Made by a program: the position numbers and the translations under genes
In this document: positions 41,984 through 54,330 of the stretch, one piece after another
How positions within the stretch are numbered: the first letter of the stretch is position 1
Layout: each line of letters opens with the position of its first letter
Notes under the pieces: model-generated
Databases searched by the model: none
The model's input: the letters and a program-made list of their open reading frames with translations, nothing else
What the model was told of the DNA's origin: nothing
Assembly (NCBI GenBank): GCA_951406725.2
Contig: OX597820.1
Coordinates: 83,328,001-83,392,000 of the forward strand
Source of the DNA: Octopus vulgaris
Lineage: Eukaryota
Direction: 5' to 3'
Length of the DNA stretch: 64,000 nt

Positions 41984-43014
41984 GTATATGTATGTATGTT
42001 TGTATTATGTGTACATAAATTCATACATGCGTACAGTCATACACGCGCAAACATACACACATCTATCTATCTATCTATCTATATATATATAGGAAAAAAA
42101 CCCTCAAAAATTATTGAAGCGATACATACATATAATCCTACATACATGCACACTCACTGTTTTAAGTGTTTGTTTGAGTACGTACGTGTGTGGTTGAACG
42201 TATGTCTTTGCATCGGATAACACACTTCGTTTCTCTCAAATGTATCATCGGTATAGATGGCCCCAGAAATCAAGCCTTTATGCCGTAGAACGAAGTGCCA
42301 GAACCCTCAAACACAACTTCAATTCAAGACATACTGTGTTATAAATGGAAATACATATTGTGCGATGTAATTCTATACATAGTATAGCTTAGAGAAATAC
42401 CACATGGCTGTGATAGGGATGCATTAAATTATAGCAATCAAACCTGATTCAATGGTAAACATCAGAAACGTACAAACTTGTATTTTGACTTCAGGCAGAA
42501 AGCTATCGTATCACAATGATATAGGAATTTTGTCTCTTTCACTTGACTGGAAAGAACCACTATGCATATCTAGGAATCGACCGTTGAAGCATAATCCTTA
42601 CTCAAAATTGATCGATGCACATTCTCTAGAGAATACAAAGCAAAAGACTTAAAAGATGATATGCATTAAACTTTCCGTTATCTTTGATATTTCATGGTAT
42701 AATAAATTAGCGCTGTGTTTAGAGTTGACATATGCCTTAGCCGATGAATCCACTTTCTGGAGCTACAAGTACCACGTGTGACTGCTATTTCGGTGTATTT
42801 ATTTAACATCTATAACACAGATGTTTGAACTCAAACAAGGAAAATTAAATGTTGTATTTCTGCAGTCTACTTCATATCGAGTATCATTATTTCCCCTTTG
42901 CGTACCCTTCGCGATCAGATATACTCTGAACTATCTTTGCCAAGAGATTTACTTTACATCGTCTCACATCTTAAAGCCAAATTAAAAAACAACAAACAAA
43001 AACATTCAGCAATA

Positions 43015-43820
43015 TCTCTACATATATAAACGGCAGTTTGTCTGTCTGTGTGTCTGTGTGTCTGTCAGGTTGTACCCTCACCCTGACCACGGCTTTCAAC
43101 CGATTCTGATGAAACTTGACACACTTATAGCCCAATGTCATAATTCAAACTAACGCAGCTAAAATTTTGAAAAGTTCCCCCAGTTCTGAAAAAAAATCGA
43201 TAAATTCGTCATGGGTCGAGAATCTAAGCTTTTTATATGCAACACATTTTCTACAGACTGTCTAGGGGACGCAACTCGACCTTTTTAACTCTCGGAACAC
43301 GTGGGGTAAGTATCCCAAAATGTATAAAAATGTACAAAAACGGCAAAAAAGCGGGCAGCAATGTGAGTGACAACAACGAAAAAGTCAAAAGTGACCAAAC
43401 TGAACAAACGAATGGAAAAGGTTTTTTGGTGCACACGACAAAAGCGGTTTATAATAAACCAAGACTTTGCAAGTAGCGTCCGAGGACCCTTAGGGTACGT
43501 CAACAATTTCAGGTAAAACGTTTGGGGTGGTAGTTATAAAGAAAGTGTAAACAAAAAAAGTATTCGAATAACTTGCGGCTGCAGCAGCTATTAGCAGAAG
43601 TGGTGGTGTTGGGGGTAAAGTCTCGAATATAATTTCTTCCTGGTAGGAATTGGTTGGGTTGAATTATCGATAGCTGTTTGATAGTTATTTGGGAGTGAAG
43701 AGAAGACATTGCAACCTACACATGCGCCTTCGTTCCCTCGAGGGAAAGGACTAGATTGGGATTAGTCGTTGCCTACTAGGGGCTCTTACATACCTGGGCA
43801 ACGCCGAGCTATGCTGCTAG
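43015..43820 (+). mobile_element. Non-autonomous Helitron with both termini (806 bp)
   Basis: A|TCTCTACATATATAAA 5' end followed by GTCTGT-like repeats. 3' hairpin CCTGGGCAACGCCGAG, then CTAG|T. Confidence 0.85.
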
Positions 43821-46009
43821 TTTTCTATACAAAATGAAATTCCTCTAAGATCAACACTTGTGAAATATTTACTACCAGTATGAACGTATGTGGCTCAAGC
43901 ATAAGCATAATCAAATAAATGAAACAAGGAACGGGATATATTTGAATTAGAATTTTTTCCTTGGTTATATGTAGAGAGGATCGTCTTACAGTTAAAACTA
44001 ATATGTATTCATGCAACTAATTTCACCACTAATATATTCCAACTAGGTAGGAATTCCCATGAAAGTAATTGATAGGTAACTAGATAGATAGATAGATATG
44101 AGATATGGAAATCAAGAAGAGTGGAGAGAAAGAGAGAGAGAGAGAGAGAGCAAGGAAATTTGAAGTGTCAATCTTACAAAATGCAATGGTTTCCATTCAA
44201 CATACCTGATGCATTATTTTAAAATGAAATTACATGGTCATAGTTATACTATCAAAAATATTACCTGGGGCTAAAATACAGCAATAATCACAACAACATC
44301 ACATCACAACTATCTCAACATACAATATTTAACTTTAAAGAAAATATGTTATGGAAGAATGTATATCGTAGGCAGAATCAATGGTATGTGTTACAGTTGT
44401 TCTTCATTCTTTATTTACAGTTTGAACAGTGGAATCTCCAATCACTATGTGTTCTGCTTTTAGTACGATAATATTCTATCTTGGCTATTACCACAACAGA
44501 AACAGACACCATACAATAAACACAAAATTAAAAAGCAAGTAAGCTTATATAAAATATAAACCAATTTACGATATAAATATTTTAATTTTTCCTTCAGTCA
44601 CATATGTTACTTCTTTAACGTAAGAAGAAAATAAATACTAATCAGTTTGAAAGATTGATCGCTGTTTTCATTGACTTCTACTCATTTAAATGAGACTTTG
44701 TTATTTGCAAAACAGAAACTTTTAATGCATCAAAATTTTAAGGGAAGCTTAGCACAGCTGTTTGTGATAGAAGAAACTAAAAAACAATATGGAATATACT
44801 GAACATAATATTCAATACAATGATTAATTTTCGTTTTGTTTTCGTATTATCTCTAATTGATTACTTTTATATTACTTAAGTATGCAAATAATTTTTGTAT
44901 TAGTATTATTATTTTTGAGTTGTAATTTTATTGCGTACTTACACTGCATTACCAAGTGGAAAATATTGAACTTGGGTACTTAAAAGTGTTTTCCCCCATT
45001 TCCCTCTGTTTTATCTTATTTAGCATACTTTAATATATATCCATTCACTGTACGTACCAGTGATATATTCAGTATGGTGTATATTTCTATAGTCTTTGTT
45101 ATTTTATGCTTCTGTATTAACTTAATCCTAAGCCACTTGAAAAGAGTGACTGTGCTTTCAGTCTGGGTTACTATTCCCAGAATTACATTTGGATATTTTC
45201 TTCATTTCTTTTAGAATATATTATATTCGATTAGAAAGAAAACTTTGATTAAGCAACACTTCATTTCCTGGCCGTATTTGACAATATATGACATATTTGT
45301 CTTGGTATCGGGTTGGTTAGAAAGTTTGACTTATGAGTATTATTTTTTAAAGTAATTTGAGACTCGCACTATCCAAAGTTGGTTTCGTTGTCATAGGTTT
45401 ATTCCCGAATCAAGCGTACGTCGATTATCACCGGGAGTCAAAGATTATCACCGGGACTCATAAGTCAAACTGCCAGTCGAGCAGCGTGATTGATGGAATT
45501 TACACATTAGGTTTCTATGGAGGTTTATAAGTGGGCAAGTGCGATATCGTGGTCGTAGAGAAACTGGCAGTCATCAATATCCCATGGTGGGTATTTTACG
45601 ACTTTGGGGCCTGATCCCATGTTGAATTTCAGCGCACTAGTTATCATACTAAAAATCCGCAAATAGTCTACATATATTTCATTGGTCGTAATGACTCCTG
45701 TGTACGTTGAAATCTAAATAATTTAGTCTCACTAAGTATTGCAGAATTCAAGTAGTTTATTAATCGTACATTCACCAATTCAGAATTTGGAACATATCTT
45801 TCCTCTTGTTCATTGCACAGTCAGTAGCACACTGGTTACTATAGACATTTAAGAAACCAATTCATTTCGGCATAAACTGTAATTCGCTGCGCCCAGCACT
45901 TCATCGCTTTCGAGGTGAAAAGTTTACAAAAACCTCTTTCTATTCATCGCCAATAGTAGTTGCTAAAGTATAAGTTCACGTATGCGTACATATATCACCT
46001 ATCATATAT

Positions 46010-46074
<65 letters not shown>

Positions 46075-46077
<3 letters not shown>

Positions 46078-46717
46078 AATTAGTAAATAAATGGCACAAT
46101 TAAGTACCGATATTTACTGGAAATAGCGAACGTAAAAATACGACGCTAATGTGTAGCTTCACCGCGTATGTATTAGCAAAAATGCGTGTGTGCAACAAAA
46201 TAGAGAAAAAAAAACCGTCTTACCTCCAGGGAGAACATCTGAAAGATGAAACACCCGGAAAATGGATAATGTGGTACCTGCAGGTTTCAGGTTTTGCAAG
46301 TTATGTCTCTCACTCATATTTTGCTTTACCTTCTTCAGCCAAACATATACCAAGACGAAATCTACGATGTTACCAAATTAATACTAACACACTCGACTGA
46401 AATACGGAACGCTAACAGTACGAGAAACGGTGAAGAAGCTTCAAAATATCAGTAATGCAATACAAAGTATTGCCTTCCAGTAAAAAGTAGCCCGTGAGGG
46501 AAAAATACACAAATTAGTAAATAAATGGCACAACTAAGTACCGATATTTACTGGAAATAGCGAACGTAAAAATACGACGCTAATGTGTAGCTTCACCGCG
46601 TATGTATTAGCAAAAAATATCGGTACTTAGTTGTACCATTTATTTACTAATTTGTGTATTTTTCCCTCACGGGCTACTTTTTACTGGAAGGCAATACTTT
46701 GTATTGCATTACTGATT
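46075..46717 (-). mobile_element. Non-coding Penelope-like pLTR / retrozyme-like element: 434-bp unit, partial tandem copy and inverted tail
   Basis: 46075-46183 is repeated at 46509-46616. 46617-46717 is the reverse complement of ~46447-46549. Contains a hammerhead core and has a paralogue at 56826-57347. Confidence 0.8.
46264..46351 (-). ncRNA. Type I hammerhead ribozyme (predicted)
   Basis: GGUAUAUGUUUGG-CUGAAGA-[AGGU aaa GCAA aa UAUG..CAUA ac UUGC aaa ACCU]-GAA-[ACC ugca GGU]-A|CCACAUUAUCC. All core nucleotides are present, with a GUA cleavage triplet. Confidence 0.85.
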
Positions 46718-46734
46718 ATATATATATATATAAA

Positions 46735-47293
46735 ATCAAAATGAGGGTGAAAAAATTGGATATTAATTTAATAGCATCAATTTAGCACCAGTGGTTTAGC
46801 GCATAAAAAACTGAGATTCAGTAAAAATATTATTAATACACAACTATTAGAGAGAATCCACTATCTGGGCACCCTTAAGCTAAAGAGAGATCCGAATGAG
46901 TCTCAACCACTAAGAATTGTTCTCAAGAAAAATTTAGCACACTATGAACGTAAGCGAGCAGGACAAATGAAAAATAACAAAAATATAGATTAACCCCATG
47001 CAATTGTTTCACTGTTAATAAATTATGCAATTTTACCTACACAATTAACCTGCAGATGATCAGTTAGGTCCGTCATAAAATATAATTTGTCGAACTGCAT
47101 GCCAGATATTAACACGAGGTCAAAAATGCGAGTAGTTCGGCCTATTATATTCACAGTTATATTCAAATGCCCTCGTTCAAGCGCGCCAAATAACCGGAAA
47201 TAAATACTGCATAAATAATTCACTGCAGTGGTTTACGCCGGTTTGAGAACATATTGATTTAGAATTAATATCAAAATGAGGGTCAAAAAATTG
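46735..47293 (-). mobile_element. Second PLE pLTR-like unit (535-bp period) with decayed hammerhead
   Basis: Direct repeat ATCAAAATGAGGGT(G/C)AAAAAATTG at 46735 and 47270. Hammerhead-like core at 46992-47071. Confidence 0.55.
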
Positions 47294-47620
47294 ATAGCAG
47301 AACTAAATTACAATGTTATCGAAGCAGTGATTGCAACTGGCCTCCAAAATGGTAAACGTCTGTTCATTCCGCGGATACCCCTTATAACAACCGATACTCA
47401 GTTTCCGTTCCAATTAATGCGCAGGCAGTTTCCGATAACACCGTCATTCTTATTCACAGCAAGCAAGACACAGGGCCAGAGTTTAGATCGTGTAGGTGTA
47501 TTTTTATACACTCGAATGTTTACACACGGTCAGTTATACGTCGCTGTGAGTAGAGCAGCAGAGTAATTTGAAAATTAGTGTCGACCACAAACAAAATATC
47601 GTCTCCTAAGAGGTTTTGTA
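47294..47620 (+). mobile_element. Helitron PIF1-like helicase C-terminal fragment
   Basis: NVIEAVIATG..GKRLFIPRIPL...RRQFPITPSFLFTASKTQGQSLDRVGV...FTHGQLYVAVSR. Confidence 0.9.
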
Positions 47621-47714
47621 ATCATATCGATATTAAAATCCATTTACACATTTTTCAATACATACGGTTGTTATGATTTATGCCTCAATTTATGCCTCCA
47701 TCGTAGATGGGTAC

Positions 47715-47728
47715 TAGTAATAGTAGTA

Positions 47729-47776
<48 letters not shown>

Positions 47777-47794
47777 ACAATAATAATAATAATG

Positions 47795-47867
<73 letters not shown>
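47715..47867. repeat. (AGT)n/(AAT)n microsatellite, 5' flank of the Dong/R4 element
   Basis: Direct inspection. Confidence 0.95.
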
Positions 47868-50800
47868 GGAGAGAACACCGGGGACGTTTAAGATGTGAGA
47901 ACGATAAAACAGTGCCCCGAAATCTATCCACAAACATCGAAAACAAAGACATCGTATGGAGCCAAAAATTTACTAACAAAGAATTGGACTATATCCGAGT
48001 AAGTAATACTCATTGAAATTTATTATTATTTTCGAAACGAAATGATGTATTTTAACTCGATATCATCTCCACCTCTAACACAACACATGTAAACATGCGT
48101 GGACATTACGATCCGTCAACACCAGATTACCCCCGACTCCAAATACAATGTAACGCAAAAAAATATATCAGAAATAGAAATATAAAAGGAAAAATACATC
48201 AGGAAAATGTAGATAGAAGCCACACAACAATGCCCAATAATATAAAAACTGAAACAGTAAAACACGAAGACAAACGTAACATTTCCAACAAAAAATTGGG
48301 ATGTAAACAAAAAACAACAAACCCAGACCGTAAGGATGCATAATAATACACGACAAACAGCAAGCCAAAACACGACAAACTAACATACAAATGAGAAAGA
48401 AAGTGACACAAATCTAAAATCTGGAAACAACGAAGGGGAGCCAACAAACACGATGTAAACAACGAAGGGGAGCCTAATGATTATGATAATATAAAAAGTA
48501 AAATAATCAAAGAACTGAAAACCACAGAGCTCAAAATGGACCACCGACCATACCTCCCAAAAATCAAAATAGACGAAACAACAACACCAATTATAAGCAA
48601 TATAAACCTAGCCGTCACGGAACTAATAGCCACTGAAAAAAAAAGCGATATCACTGAGCTAAATGACTTAGTATACGCAGCAGCCACTGCAGTCAAAATA
48701 GAAGCTGGATACTCACTCAAACCCATCCAAACAGAAGTACCACCACCCAAAAAAAACCTGTGGATAAATAACATCCCAAGCAACATACAATAAATGAGAA
48801 AAGATCTGTCGATTCTTAATGAAATCAGTAGACAATCAACGCTACTGAGCAAAAAAAAGAAAACAAAAATACTCCGCAAATACAACATCACAGAAAAAGA
48901 TTTACCTGAGATAAAAGAAAAGCTAAAGCAAGATATCCTTGCCAAAGCACAAAGGATCCGCCGGTACGAGAAACGCCAGCGCTTCTTTGAACAAAACAAA
49001 AAGTTCAACTCCAACCCCAAAAAGTTCTACCAAGAATTTGGCAAAAATAAAATAGAAATCACTGCAGCACCAACGGCAGAAGAGGTGGAAGGATTCTGGA
49101 GAGAAATATGGTCGGCGAACGAACAACCAAAAACAGGAGTATTAAAACAACAAACTCAGCATCTGAGCAACTTTGGACCCCATAACAACTGAAGAGGTCA
49201 CGCAGGCACTGCAAAGACTAAGCAACTGGAAGGCACCTGGGTATGACAATATCCCGAACTTCTGGTTGAAATATCTAACAGGAATGAACAAAAGCTGTCT
49301 GAAAATTTTAACAAATACTAGCAGAGCCAGAGACAATGCCTGAATGGCTCACGAAGGGGAAAACTATCTTAATTCCCAAATCAAATGAGACAGCAAAACC
49401 AGAAAGCTACAGACCAATAATCTGTTTCCCTACAATGTACAAGGCATTTACTGCAGTGATATCGTAAAAGTTGAACAAGCACCTGGACGAAAACTACCTG
49501 TTTCCAGAAGAGCAGAAAGGATGCCGCAAAGTTTCATATGGCTGTAAAGATCAACTAATGCTTAATAAAGCCATAACTGAAGACAGCCACAGAAAGAAGA
49601 AAGGCCTCAGTATGGGCCGGATCGACTACAAAAAGGCGTTTGATAGCATCCCCCACACATGGATCCTCGAAACACTAGCCATTAACAAAGTAGCACCAAC
49701 AATTATAAAATTCATATGACACTCTATGAATAAATGGCAAACAGTGCTACAGCTCCAAACAAAAGAGGGACTCATGAAAACCAAAGCCATCCCCATTAGA
49801 AGAGGAATATTCCAGGGAGATTCGCTCTCTCCACTACTTTTCTGCTTGGCACTGTCACCTCTATCTGATATGCTACATAGAACTGGATGCGGATATAAAT
49901 GTTACGGCAAAGCGATCAGCCACATTTTATATATGGATGACCTAAAACTATACGCTGCAAATGACAAACAGCTGGAAAAACTATTAAAGCCAGTTCATGG
50001 ATTTACCAAAGAAATAGATATGAATTTTGGATTAGAAAAATGCGCCAAAGTAACCCTGAAAAGAGGAAAACAAGTGAAGAGTAGCAACATCACACTAGAT
50101 AAAACCAAGAAAATAAAAGAATTAGACCAAAACCAAACTTACAAATACTTAGGAATCCATGAACTAGATAAGACACAACACACACAAATGAAAGAGAAAA
50201 TAAAAAAGAATATTATAGACGAGATAGATCAATACTAAAACAGATCTCAATGCTAAAAACAAGATAATAGGTATTAACATTTTAGCTGTCCCTGTTATAA
50301 GTTACAGCTACAATATCCTTAACTGGACACTAAATGAACTGACCAAAATAGATAGGAAAACAAGAAAAATAATGACAGGATCTAGGATGCATCACCCAAC
50401 ATCTGACATAGAAAGACTATATATACAACGTATAGAAGGTGGTAGAGGCCTTATACAGCTGGAGAACTACTATAAAATAACCACCATAGGATTGCAAAAA
50501 TATCTACTTCAGAAGGATGGAAAACTGATACAAATAGCGGCAAAACACGAGCGAAACAAAAAACTGTTCTCAGTATATAAGGAAGCTGACAAATACAAAC
50601 AAGAAATCATACCACCTAATAAATATGAAGATGAAGAAGGAAGAAGAAGAAGAAGAAGAAGAAGAAGAAGAAGAAGAAGAAGAAGAAGAAGAAGAAGAAG
50701 AAGAAGAAGAAGAAGAAGAAGAAGAAGAAGAAGAAGAAGAAGAAGAAGAAACAACAAAAGCTATAAAACAAATGAAATCCAAACTAAAAATAGAACAGCA

Positions 50801-51857
50801 ACGAGCCATGATAAAACGATGGCAAGAAAAGCCCCTTCATGGTAAATACTGCACTAAACTAAACGCAAAAGAAATAGACAAAGAAAAATCCCAGCAATGT
50901 TTGAGAAGCTCAGGACTCAAAGCAGAAACAGAGAGATTCTTAATTGCAGCACAAGACCAAAGCCTCCCCACCAGAAATTACCAAAAACATGTAATGAAAA
51001 GAAATATTACAAGTAACTGCAGAATATGTGGAGATGGACAAGAAACAATAAATCATATTATCTCTGGCTGCCCAGTCCTGGCTAAGAAGGAATATATTCA
51101 CAGACATGACAGAGTTGGAACCTACATACATTGGAGATGGACATGAAACAATAAATCATATTATCTCTGGCTGCCCAGTCCTGGCTAAGAAGGAATATAT
51201 TCACAGACATGACAGAGTTGGAACCTACATACATTGGAGATGGACAAGAAACAATAAATCATATTATCTCTGGCTGCCCAGTCCTGGCTAAGAAGGAATA
51301 TATTCACAGACATGACAGAGTTGGAACCTACATACATTGGAAGTTATGCCAACATTATGGAATAACAACAGAAAAAAGATGGTATAGGCACACACCAGAA
51401 AAGGTCACAGAAAACGAGAAAGCAACCATACTCTGGGATATGCCGATACACACAGATAGAGAAATTAAGGCCAACAGACCAGATATAGTTGTCAGAGATC
51501 ATGAAGAAAAAAAATGCTTTCTAATTGATGTATCAATACCGGCAGATGACAACGTGTCTCTAAAAGAAATAGAGGTAACTAGAATGTGGAACCTGAAAAC
51601 AGAAACAATTCCTATCATAGTAGGTGCATTAGGCATGATAAAAAAATATTCAGACAAATACATGACAAAAACACCAGGACTTACAAACACATATAACATA
51701 CAGAAAATTGCACTACTAGGCACTGCACACATCCTACGCAGAACACTTTCCATACAATAACCATCAGAGCATCACAACAAATCACAGCACATACCCAAGG
51801 CACACAGAGCTGCGCTCGGTAGTGAAGTGAAAGCACGCTATAAAAATAAAACTACTG
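47868..51857 (+). mobile_element. Near full-length Dong/R4-clade non-LTR retrotransposon (RT, CCHC, restriction-like endonuclease), inactivated
   Basis: WKAPGYDNIPNFWLK, EEQKGCRK, IDYKKAFDSIPH, RGIFQGDSLSPLLF, YMDDLKLY, RLYIQRIEGGRGL, CRICGDGQETINHIISGC and RPDIVVRD..CFLIDVSIP. Contains several stops and frameshifts. Flanked by (AAT)n on both sides, the known Dong target type. Confidence 0.95.
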
Positions 51858-52245
<388 letters not shown>

Positions 52246-52825
52246 ATGCCCTGATGCAGTACCAGGCAGTGGCTCTCATGGCTTCTGATCTTAACTGATT
52301 GGAAGTGTTATCATGTACATTGTTTTGTCTTGGTATAAAAGATGGGCTACAGCAAATATTCTGCTCAATACCACAGATTTGCCTGTCAGTTGTTTGACCT
52401 TAACCAGTTGAGCATGCCCCTTAGTGGCTGACGATATGTGCATCTCTGATCACGAGCAGAAGTAGTGGGGGAGCATCATAGCCATGTGTTGAGAAGGATT
52501 CTTTGGGGTTTGAATAATTCACCTCTGGAAACATAGGTGTTTCGTTCAACGTCCTTAAACAACCCTTATTCAGGGACCTTTTGAGCGGGATGGGTTACTC
52601 GATCTGAAGAAAATTCTAACTGGGCTCCACCTGCAAGGTCATGTGCTGTTTATCTTGATATGAGATCACCATGTCGCGCACATATGGTTGTGATGCATGT
52701 GCCTGGTGTACCCTTATCAGACGGGTAGTCATGATGGGTATACTGGGCTTCGTATATTTTACCCCAGTGTCACTTTGATGGCATGCTCTGCTCGCTCACT
52801 CAATAATAATAATAATAATAATAAT

Positions 52826-52875
<50 letters not shown>

Positions 52876-53175
52876 TAATAATAATAATAATAATGTGGTT
52901 CCTTTCAACATCCTTAAACAACCCTTATTCAGGGACCTTTTGAGCGGGATGGTTTACTCGACCAGAAGGCCCCACCTTCAATTTTATGTGCTTTTATCTT
53001 TTAACGAGATCACCATGTCACGTACATATGGTTGTGATGCATGTGCCTGGTGTAACCTTATCAGATGGGTAGTCATGATGGATATTCTGGGCTTCGTATA
53101 TTTTACCCCAGTGTCACTTTGATGGCATGCACTGCTCTCTTACTCAATAATAATAATACTAACAACAACAACAAC

Positions 53176-53243
<68 letters not shown>

Positions 53244-53287
53244 TGTACCCCAGTGTCACTTTGATGGCATGCATTGCTCTCTCACTC
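52246..53287 (+). mobile_element. Three progressively 5'-truncated copies of a non-coding retroposon in (AAT)n (52246-52801, 52895-53145, 53246-53287)
   Basis: All three end TACCCCAGTGTCACTTTGATGGCATGC..TGCTC.CT.ACTC followed by AAT repeats. No recognisable ORF. Confidence 0.8.
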
Positions 53288-54099
53288 AATAATGATGATG
53301 GTAATTGTTTTTGCTTTATATCACGAAGGAAAAGATTATATAACTTTTAAACAAACTTTGGCATATAAGAAGAAATTCTAATTATATGTTATAAAAGTAA
53401 GAGCGGGTGAATGAATAAAAGTAAGAGCGAGTGAATGAAACATATCGAAATTGAATGAAAAGCAGAATTTTCCCATATTGTTGGGCGCTAAATTAAAAAT
53501 GCAAAACACATTAAAGTGGTTTTTAAGAAGGAATATATTCTCGATATTTGTTCTTTAGTACAAAGCCTTTTATATACGAAAGGCTGGAGTCAAATAATGT
53601 CAGTTACTTAAGTACTATTAGAGAAATTATATAAAGAGTAATGCCATTAAGCAGGAAAAGAAAGAACGGTTATTGCGTGCACCACACCTTGGAGGCAATA
53701 TATATTACCTCGATTCGTTATCTTACCATGGCATACTACGGTACGAAAATAAAATACAGGAGAACATAATCGTTTAGTATAAGGTAATGTATAAGTACCT
53801 TCTTATCACTATCCCGCTTTGAGAAATTCTGTTATTAATAACGTATTAGTCAGAAAATTCAATACCGAAAATGAACAAGATACAGCGTAAATAACACCGA
53901 CAAAAAATTATGTATGTGTAAGTGTGAGTGCTCCAGAATGCGTGCGCGTGTATATATTATATGAGTATGCGTGTGCGTGCGTATCAATATGTATATTTGT
54001 GTATCGAACTATAGACGCACACATACATTCACACACTCACATGTATGTATGTGTGTCTGTGTTTGTGTGTGTGTTTTCATGAACACATACACACACACA

Positions 54100-54154
<55 letters not shown>

Positions 54155-54161
54155 GCATACA

Positions 54162-54226
<65 letters not shown>

Positions 54227-54277
54227 GTGTGTGAATATATATATATATATATATAATATATATATATATATTATATA

Positions 54278-54330
<53 letters not shown>

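Noticed and set aside
43106-43116. CTGATGAAAC hammerhead-like word
   Set aside because: The boxes overlap with no stem II; it is part of the Helitron 5' conserved region.
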